From the NCBI GenBank assembly GCA_022813965.1, contig JALDZS010000087.1:62001-91770 (forward strand): 29,770 bases of DNA. Direction: 5' to 3'. Both the position numbers and the translations under genes were made by a program. Of the stretch, positions 22,124 to 29,770 are shown piece after piece. This DNA is from Toensbergia leucococca (taxonomy: Eukaryota). How positions within the stretch are numbered: position 1 is the first letter of the stretch; each line of letters starts with the position of its first letter. Under the pieces are notes generated by a model. It was given only the letters and a program-made list of their open reading frames with translations. It was not told the DNA's origin and ran no database searches.

Positions 22124-24608
22124 TACGGTGTGGGAGTCAATGTCATGATCTCTCGTAGGGTTGACCTGGCGATGGAACCGTATAAGGTGCTCTTGAGGCT
22201 CAATATCGGTTAAATGGCAGGCGAATTCAGGCAAAAAAAGGCAACCGCCCTAACGCGCTACTCACGTAGGGGGCCTAATACAACTCCTACGAGAGGCTAC
22301 TTTTCAGGTTACCCTTTTGCCTTGAAATAGTTCGCCATGTTCCCTCCATCCCAACTAGGCATACCGAGCATTAGAATAAGATAACAGCACTACCAGCGCT
22401 GAAGCTAGAATAACCTGTAGACCATTTTTCAGCGAGCAGCAGAGTATAAGAAGGACTGCTTTGCCGCTCAGCTTACGAGATACTATACGAACTCCACCTC
22501 ACCCAGCCCGCTATCCAGCTCTCATCGTCACTCAGTACCACAGTATGGACAGGCTCTTCAAATTGAAGCCAAGGCAGCAAGGAGTGCATAATCTTCTTTG
22601 GGCATACCTGATCCACGTATCCGTATGACAGCTGCCCAGCTGCTGTTGAAGTTGACGTGGTCAATCAAGTCAAAGTTTGTCTACGCCAGAATATCGCATA
22701 CCCACAGATTGACTGTGGAAAAATACTGTTTGCCTGCGGCATCCATGTAGCTCAGAATAACGAGGCAACGGCAAGGGTAAGTCTCGAGAGGCGATTGAGA
22801 AAAGAGATGGCTGGTATGACCACCTACGATCCGAGGAGATTCAATATGACATCCACGAGAAATAGTATATTGCCTTGGGCAGAAAGCCACATCACTTATT
22901 CGCGGAAATTTCAGCTACGCCAAATAAATTCTACTAGCACAAGACCCCATAGACGGCGATCAGATCAGTCGAAATAAGAGGAGAAATTGACCTCTTCTTG
23001 GGTTCCGAGTGGCCAGCCTCGTGGACCCACTCGGCCCTCCATCGGATCCCCAGAAAAATAAATATGCGATGACCCTGTCTTATTGGTTCATGTGTATTAC
23101 CTGTCTCAACCCTCGCCCGCATCGTGAAGGCGGTACGCAGTACGTTTAGAATAGTGGGATTTTGAAAAGTAGGAACAGTCTTGCGGACAAAACTTGCAAC
23201 AACTCAACAACGTACCATTTCATTTATAACCCGCTTCTCCTCCGTGTTTAAGAGGCTTCCACAAGACCTTGCAAAGAGACGCCATTCTTTCCCATGTTGG
23301 CTGGAGTTTTCTGATAGGTAGCATATCGCATACGCGAAGCAGCCCCTGTTGTACAACATTGGACTGGCTTTGTGCAATTGAACATTTCTACCCACCATGA
23401 CGAGATTCTTCACCGCAAAGTGGCTCTCAAACCCACGTAAGAGTATCACATCTCAAAAGGACGCTCATACATATATCTCCGAGCCCTCAAGAAATCGTTC
23501 CACGTCTAATTTTTCGAGGTGTTTCACAAAGCTATTGAAGACCACGACATTCAATCTAGACTGTCGTGCTACTGTAATGTAAAGCTACGAGCAAGAGTCG
23601 CAGGGCTTACATTGGGGCCGGCATTGATCATATCACCCAATCAACCTGGAAGAATACTCGTTTACCTTCAAAATTGACAGAACAAAGGCAGGTGATTGGC
23701 CTTTTTCTGTTTCCTGCAGCACGAAGTTATGCAGAATGTCTCAGATAAGAAGACAGCACATTAAAAAGTAGTCTCAATCTGTAATTCTATTACTAAAAGG
23801 GGTCGAAGCGGTGCGACGAAACTTCTCAATTCGAAAATCTCCTCCGCGGCGATTTATGGATTTATCGCAAAAGAACGCTTTTTTCTGGGTACTGCTTGAA
23901 CTTTGTCATGGGACTCCATCTCCCACGCATATTGGTATAGCCACTTTTCTACAGGCGGACAGCTGTATCCAATGATAACAAAAGAATTCAAAGTCTTAAT
24001 CTACCAACAGACCCTGTTTTACATTGATGAGTTTCCTGTCTCAAGGAGATCTTTTTCTTTTCGAGACCAATCGTGATCTTTGGTGTAGCTCGAGGAGCAC
24101 ACCAGCTTGGTTGTCGCAGAACATAGTCATTACCTTAACTTTGATAGCCCTTCTTTGTGGAAGCCGTGGTAGAACTAATCATCTTCCCAGCTATTGTCTT
24201 CGAAAGCGTTCTGTGAAGAAAGCTGTGACTTAGGTCAGGCAGAACACGTCAAATTTCCTCAAGTCGATAGCTCTTCCTCTGGAAGTTTGAAGTGTAAAGC
24301 CGTTGAGCCTTTCAAAACAGAAGCCTTTCGATATTTTGCAATGTTGATTGACTGAAATGATATCAGTGTTTGAAAGATCATTGAAATGAAGATAGCAGCA
24401 CGGAACCATTTCTCTACAAATCGTTTGAAGTATCGAATTGTTTAGCTTCTTGATGTCATGCTCTATTCCCCTTTTTCGCGGCTCACTAAGAGTATCACTT
24501 GCTGAGTTTCTCCTCACAGCCTATTAGGATACCACGAAACGTCAAAGCAGGGAATACTCAGGGACACCAACGCCATGGGCTCGAAATACCTCAGGTAAGC
24601 ACTCTGGT

Positions 24609-25528
24609 CTAATACAACAACGCTGCCGTAACCGTAGTAGGCAACGTTGCATGTACCAATATTCTCTGCGTCCCCGCGGGAACCTCACTGATGTCTAAGC
24701 TGGCACAATCTATACAACTACTCGCCCCAGCGCTCAGGGTACTCCATTGCATTTCCCCGCTCACCAATCCCTGCACCTGTGGCTTCATCTCCAACGACTT
24801 GGCAAAAACGCTTGTATTATTGTTCAGTCCCGTCAGCAGCGCCTCGACCTTTGCATCCCCAACAGGTACGTATGGCACTGTAACTGATTCTGGTTTCGTC
24901 ATCCAATCAAGCTGGCTCTGCGCGATCTTTACGAAGTTCAGATTGTTGACACAGTATGCGAGATTACACCATGGATTATAATGATTGGGTGTATTGTGCA
25001 GGTTCGGGTTAAATTTTACTACATCTACACAGATCTCATTGTCGTGGCAATTAATATCGTACCCGTACTCTTGAGCGTTGTTGTGTTCATTGTCGGGAAC
25101 GGTACGGTCGTCGCATTCGACTCTCACGGCTTGCGGAGAGACGTGGCGGAGGCACTCGGATTCAAGCCAAAGGGAGGGCGGATTGGAGCAGTCATCCATG
25201 CGACGCGACGCTACTTCGCGCTTTGGGTTGGGTGTGGGGGTGTCGAAGAGTTGATGGGAGAGAAGGGTGATGCGGTGGGAGATGTCTAGGCTGTTGGTGT
25301 CGGTGAAAAAGAAAGAGATTGGGACGGAGATAATACTGTGAGTGTGAGATCAGCGGCCTGTGAGATCAGCGGCCTGTGAAATTGAGGTTCTCGTATGAGA
25401 TCTCAATTGGTATATTACGAAGCATCGCTGGCAGCTGCTAGGCTCATTCCGGTATCTAAAGATTTAGATATCATTGCCAAATACAAGAGGACGAAGAGCA
25501 CAGGGATCGCCGCGGAAATAGCAGACAT
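24609..25528 (-). CDS. Cys-rich secreted protein (effector-like), ~278 aa, 2 exons
   Basis: Exon 25528-25419 gives a signal-peptide-like MSAISAAIPVLFVLLYLAMISKS. The intron 25336-25418 (gtaata..gctgat..cag) joins in phase to exon 25335-24609. Dibasic KR/RR sites precede a region with 9 Cys. Confidence 0.75.
25343..25379. repeat. Tandem 16-bp duplication (tgtgagatcagcggcc x2.3) inside an intron
   Basis: Exact copies at 25343-25358 and 25359-25374, plus a partial tgtga. Confidence 0.95.
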
Positions 25529-25988
25529 TCTCGATCGACTGGGAGACTTACGAATTGATCTTCTAGTTGATGTTGCACAGGACAGAAAATCAGTACCTTT
25601 TTGAGGTCTTTCAGGGATTAGAACGCAGACCGACGGGTGTTAAGTAAGCCTCAGTGTCAATCATTAGACTTGACGAAAGCTTACAGGAATACACAGTGTC
25701 TCAGAACAGGCGATATGCGATACAGGCGGAGATAGGTAGTCCAATCTTGGAAGACCATACCCGCCCACCTCAATAACATTGAAGCTTTCGGTCAAACGTT
25801 CTAAAGGCAGTGTGCCTCAAGAAAAGGACCACTTATCTACCTACCACACTGGCGGCAAATTCGCCCTGCAATATAAGACGTAGGAACTGCCTCCTGCTAT
25901 CGTCACAGCGCCGTGGGTGACGAAGGAGTGTAAGAGCAATTACACTCCAGATAAGTGAGGCGGACCTGGAAATGACGCACCAGATTGG

Positions 25989-26706
25989 TCAACGTGCGCG
26001 GCCAAGACCGCTGGCGTAGTAGCTGTGACTACGGCGTGTAATAGGCCATGCAGCTGACTTTGATTGTCGCTTGTCTCTCGAAAGGCGGCGGTTATTGACT
26101 CGATTATCCATGGACTTCGAAGGAGCTATGAGTGGATTTTGTATCAGATGAGAGGACTGATGTGGAGGAGGGGTGGGGCGGCAGTTGTGGAGGATGGGGG
26201 GTGGGATTTCTTGAGAAGCTAGGGTAATGGGGGTGCTAGAGTCAGAATGTTTCAGGGTGTGGGGATATGCTGCGTCGGCTAAAGGAAAGGGAAGCGATTT
26301 GGGCAAAATTCGGAGGTGGGCACATATTGAGACCCTGAATGACTGGGCAAGGGGTTTCAAAGGCTTGGGTGGTGGACCGAGGCGGTTGCACTATAGCAAG
26401 GGACATTGATAGAGTCAACGATTCACGTATTCGAATTAAAAGGGTCCGAGTAGACTCAATCAAGAAGAAATTGACTATTTTGGGGACTGAGTGAGCCGGG
26501 ACTCATCTGCTATGTCCCGTGTACTCTCGTGACGATTTCGCCATATACTCGTACTCGTACTCGTATGGGTTGAGGAAGGCTTACGGAGGCGTCGAAAATT
26601 TTGATGTGCGTGTGATAGATTTTTCGGGAAGCAAATGCGCACGAGGGGCGAGAAAGGTTTTCTGTTTGAGACCACGAGTGCCACACTCAGCTGTGTATAA
26701 TGGCAT
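25989..26706 (-). pseudogene. Possible decayed small spliced gene (weak resemblance to fungal tautomerase-like proteins)
   Basis: ATG 26706 gives MPLYTAECGTRGLKQKTFLAP..KSITRTSKFSTP followed by a gtaagc donor; later segments VNFFLIES and SICAHLR. The resemblance is by eye only and the frames do not join cleanly. Confidence 0.2.
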
Positions 26707-26832
26707 GTAAGCCTTTCGTCACCAACAGATCATGCATGCGATTAGGCATCTTTGATATCAGCTTATTGATTGATAATAAGGAGGAAAAAATCATGTTCTG
26801 TGGATGGTTCTATTCGGCTAATTTTTTATGGG

Positions 26833-26896
26833 TTGACTCGGATATCTTTGGCTCCACGTGACGTGGAACAATTGAAGAGTTATATGCCTTAGTCAT
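26833..26896 (+). promoter_or_regulatory. THR4 upstream elements: Gcn4/CpcA-like TTGACTC, palindrome TCCACGTGACGTGGA, TTAGTCAT
   Basis: TTGACTC at 26833-26839; a perfect 7-1-7 palindrome at 26853-26867 containing the CACGTG E-box and TGACGT; ATGACTAA (reverse) at 26889-26896. All lie 100-165 nt upstream of an amino-acid biosynthesis gene. Confidence 0.45.
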
Positions 26897-26996
26897 CCTA
26901 CAATCTGACGCGGATGGTGGAAAAGGCTAAAACTCTGGCCCTTTTTGTTCAGTACAAAATTTTCCATTTTAGCTCATAGCTTGGTCGGCGAGGAAA

Positions 26997-28845
26997 ATGA
27001 AACACACACATGCTCAAGTGTACCTCAGTTCGAGGGGAGGTTCTACTGGGGTGCGTAAATCCTCATTGGTCTCGAGTAGAACAATGAGCTGATATGATTC
27101 ATATGCAAGGCATCTTTTGAGGATGTGGTCCTTCAGGGTTTAGCAAGCGATGGAGGTCTTTTCATCCCACAGTCCATCCCATCTCTACCGTCAGATTGGT
27201 CATCATGGCAGAATTTGAGTTTCGAGGACCTGGCCTTCGAAATTATGTCCTTGTACATCTCTCGCTCTGAGATTGATGGGCAGCAGTTGCGAGATATCAT
27301 TCGAAGAAGCTACTCAGTATTTCGAAGTCCAGATGTCACGCCGTTAGTGCCTCTGGACAAATCGAAGAATCTGTATCTGCTAGAACTGTTTCATGGACCT
27401 ACCTTTTCATTTGTTAGTTGATCTTTTGAATATGCGACTGTTGAAGAACCATAAATTAATTTTGTATAGAAAGACGTTGCGTTGCAATTTCTTGGAAATA
27501 TCTTTGAGTTTTTTCTCGTTCGAAAAAACATTGATATAAGAGAGGGCGAGAAAAGACACAACCTCACAATTATAGGAGCCACCAGTGGAGGTGAGCTTCT
27601 TTCTGGCCACCTTTCTATTGACGGGGGCTTTTCAATTTGTATCCTAACTCGGATTTAGATACTGGGTCAGCAGCAATATACGGTCTCCGGAATAAAAAAG
27701 ATGTCTCTGTCTTTATCATGTTCCCAGAAGGACGAGTGAGCGCCATCCAAGAAGCTCAAATGACAACAGTACTAGATTCTAACGTGCACTGTGTATCTGT
27801 TGACGGCACCTTTGACGATTGTCAAGATATTGTCAAGGCTCTATTTGCAGATGACGAGATCAAAAAGACGCAGCATCTTGCAGCTGTTAATTCAATCAAC
27901 TGGGCCAGAATACTTGCCCAGATTACATACTACTTCCATGCTTACTTTTCACTTCTACGGCAATCCGAGATAAAGGATCTGGACAAGCTTAAGATATGTG
28001 TTCCAACAGGAAACTTCGGTGATGTGCTGGCGGGATTCTTTGCCAAACAGATGGGACTACCTATCAGTAAGCTGGTGGTAAGCACGAATGAAAATGACAT
28101 CCTCGACCGTTTCTTGAGAACGGGAAAATACGAGAAACACTATTCTCACACGGCGTCCAACGGCATTGCAGCAGACGGGGCAAAAGCTCATCCTGAAGGT
28201 GTTCACGAAACACTGAGTCCCGCTATGGACATCCTTGTGAGCAGTAATTTTGAACGACTTTTATGGATGCTTGTTTACGAATCCTTGAGTGGGGATTCGA
28301 TGTCTGCTCCCACATCCACAGAAATCGCAAAAACCGCAAGAACAAAAGCTAGTGAACAAATCAACGCATGGTTTAATTCTTTAAAACATGAGGGTTCTTT
28401 TACGGTCGGAAAAATTGTCTTGGAAGCAGCGAGAATAGACTTTGAGAGCGAACGTGTGTCCGACTCAGAGACGCTTTCAACCATCAAATCGATATACACG
28501 GATACAAGCTCTAGCTCTAAGACCAAAGGATACATTCTAGATCCTCACTCGGCTATCGGCGTCACAGCATCCCTTCGGTCCATTGCTCGCTATATCTCTC
28601 CATCGTCCTCGGAAAAGGTCTACCACATCTCACTAGCCACAGCTCATCCGGCCAAGTTCGTGAATGCCGTCGACCTAGCCCTCAAAGATGAACCCGGGTA
28701 CAGTTTCGAAGTTGTTTTACCGGAAGAGTTTGTTGGGTTGGAAAAGAAAGAACGGAGGGTGAGGATGGTGAAGAAAAGTCAGGGGTTGGCTGGGATAAGG
28801 GAAGTGATCCTGGACGAAGTGCGAAAAGAAGGCGTGAAAGTATAA
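26997..28845 (+). CDS. THR4: Threonine synthase (PLP-dependent), ~554 aa, 4 exons
   Basis: Exons 26997-27050, 27110-27412, 27470-27590 and 27659-28845 give 1665 nt in frame. Motifs YLSSRG, GLASDGGLFIP, LLELFHGPTFSF|KDVALQFLGN (PLP Lys), GATSGDTGSAA, VNSINWARILAQ, VPTGNFGD, SPAMDILVSSNFER and LATAHPAKF. Confidence 0.97.
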
Positions 28846-29069
28846 TGGGGATTGGATCGAAGGGGCGGATAGGCAATCGACAATAGATGTAGGCATTACA
28901 AAAAGAAAAGTTTGAAATAGACTTTTGTCATCAGAGGAATCTTTTGGCGGATTCGATAGCCAACTCCCTAGAGATTGATTGCTGTTGTTCCTGTAGTGCA
29001 CATGAATGCACAAGGAGGTGCTGTGGGATAGCGCATTGAATACGTGGAAGACTACATCAATATCACATA

Positions 29070-29770
29070 CAGTACATGATATCAGCTACTGCTTGGTCTC
29101 GAGATGAATGTTCTCGTGCTCGTACGAGGTCAAAAAATTAAGTCCTGACCAGGCCACCGTAGAGAACTGCGTGGACCCTGAAAACATCAAAACATCAAGA
29201 TCACGATAATTAGATCTTCTATTTAACCATGGAAGTTGTTCATTCCTNNNNCCTGTTTGATCCTTCTCTCTAGGTTCTCTATCAATGGATTAATATCCTT
29301 CTCAATATCTAGCTTATCCCACTCATCCATCCATGCTGCATGTAACTGATCATACCCTTTGATATAAGGCCTTCTCTTCGCTACTCTATCCTTGAGAAGA
29401 CACCATATGTGTTCTATAGGGTTGAGGTCTGAGGAGTTGCCAGGCCATCGTAGTAGCTGAGCGTCAAACTCTGAAAAGATTTGATCATTCCAGTGAGAGA
29501 TGTGATTGGAACAGCCATCTTGCATTATCAGAGCATTTGAATGGGTCCTTCTGAACTCTGTGTATGCAGGGAGTAAATGTGGTCGTAGGATGTGTCTGTT
29601 GTATCGATATCAGTCAATTCCTTCTCCCTTATAACGTAGTTGTAGCTCAAAGGAGTTGCAGAACTGTGAATAAACTCCTTGACGCTTCTTGCCTGCAGCC
29701 GCTAAGGACACATCTATTGCCTCTTGCTTTGCCAGCCAGATCTTTTCCTCCTTTATCCATCTAGTTATGT
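29070..29770 (-). mobile_element. Tc1/mariner-superfamily DNA transposon (3' part), truncated by the window edge
   Basis: Terminus TA|CAGT at 29068-29073 (TA target plus a CAGT TIR start), about 150 nt beyond the transposase stop; transposase remnant inside. Confidence 0.8.
29223..29770 (-). pseudogene. Tc1-type DDE transposase C-terminus (D34E), inactivated
   Basis: Reads ..GID*YRYNRHILRPHLLP..IMQDGCSNH..WPGNSSDLNPIEHIW..; 34 residues lie between the QD Asp and the PIE Glu. In-frame TGA at 29610-29612; Ns at 29248-29251. Confidence 0.88.

Noticed and set aside
22300..24600. Short ORFs in the region upstream of the Est1-like gene
   Set aside because: All are about 106 aa or shorter with no recognisable motif or repeat structure; treated as promoter or intergenic DNA.
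26546..26565. (TACTCG)x3 micro-repeat
   Set aside because: Ordinary short tandem repeat.
1..29770. CRISPR arrays, rRNA, tRNA and prokaryotic operon features
   Set aside because: None seen; the DNA is fungal with spliceosomal introns.

Overview
Eukaryotic DNA from a filamentous ascomycete (Pezizomycotina), judged from short GT-AG introns with CTRAY branch points; a lichen-forming or related lineage is only a guess. Well-supported spliced genes: an MFS monocarboxylate-type transporter (-), homoserine O-acetyltransferase MET2 (-), COP9 signalosome subunit 6 (-), a ~1040-aa Est1/SMG5-7-type DNA/RNA-binding protein with an N-terminal C2H2-like finger exon (-), a Cys-rich secreted protein (-) and threonine synthase THR4 (+). 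The window ends in a Tc1-type (D34E) transposon that carries an in-frame stop. Several decayed or orphan genes are also present. The least explained part is the ~7 kb stretch (about 11.9-18.8 kb) downstream of the Est1/SMG7-like gene. It has no long ORF, but it has many same-strand intron-like signals (including a candidate 3'-UTR intron), a repeated motif pair and a cluster of strong inverted repeats, so it may be a long regulatory 3' region, a polycistronic small-ORF transcript or a structured ncRNA. All exon models were derived by eye and no database searches were run.
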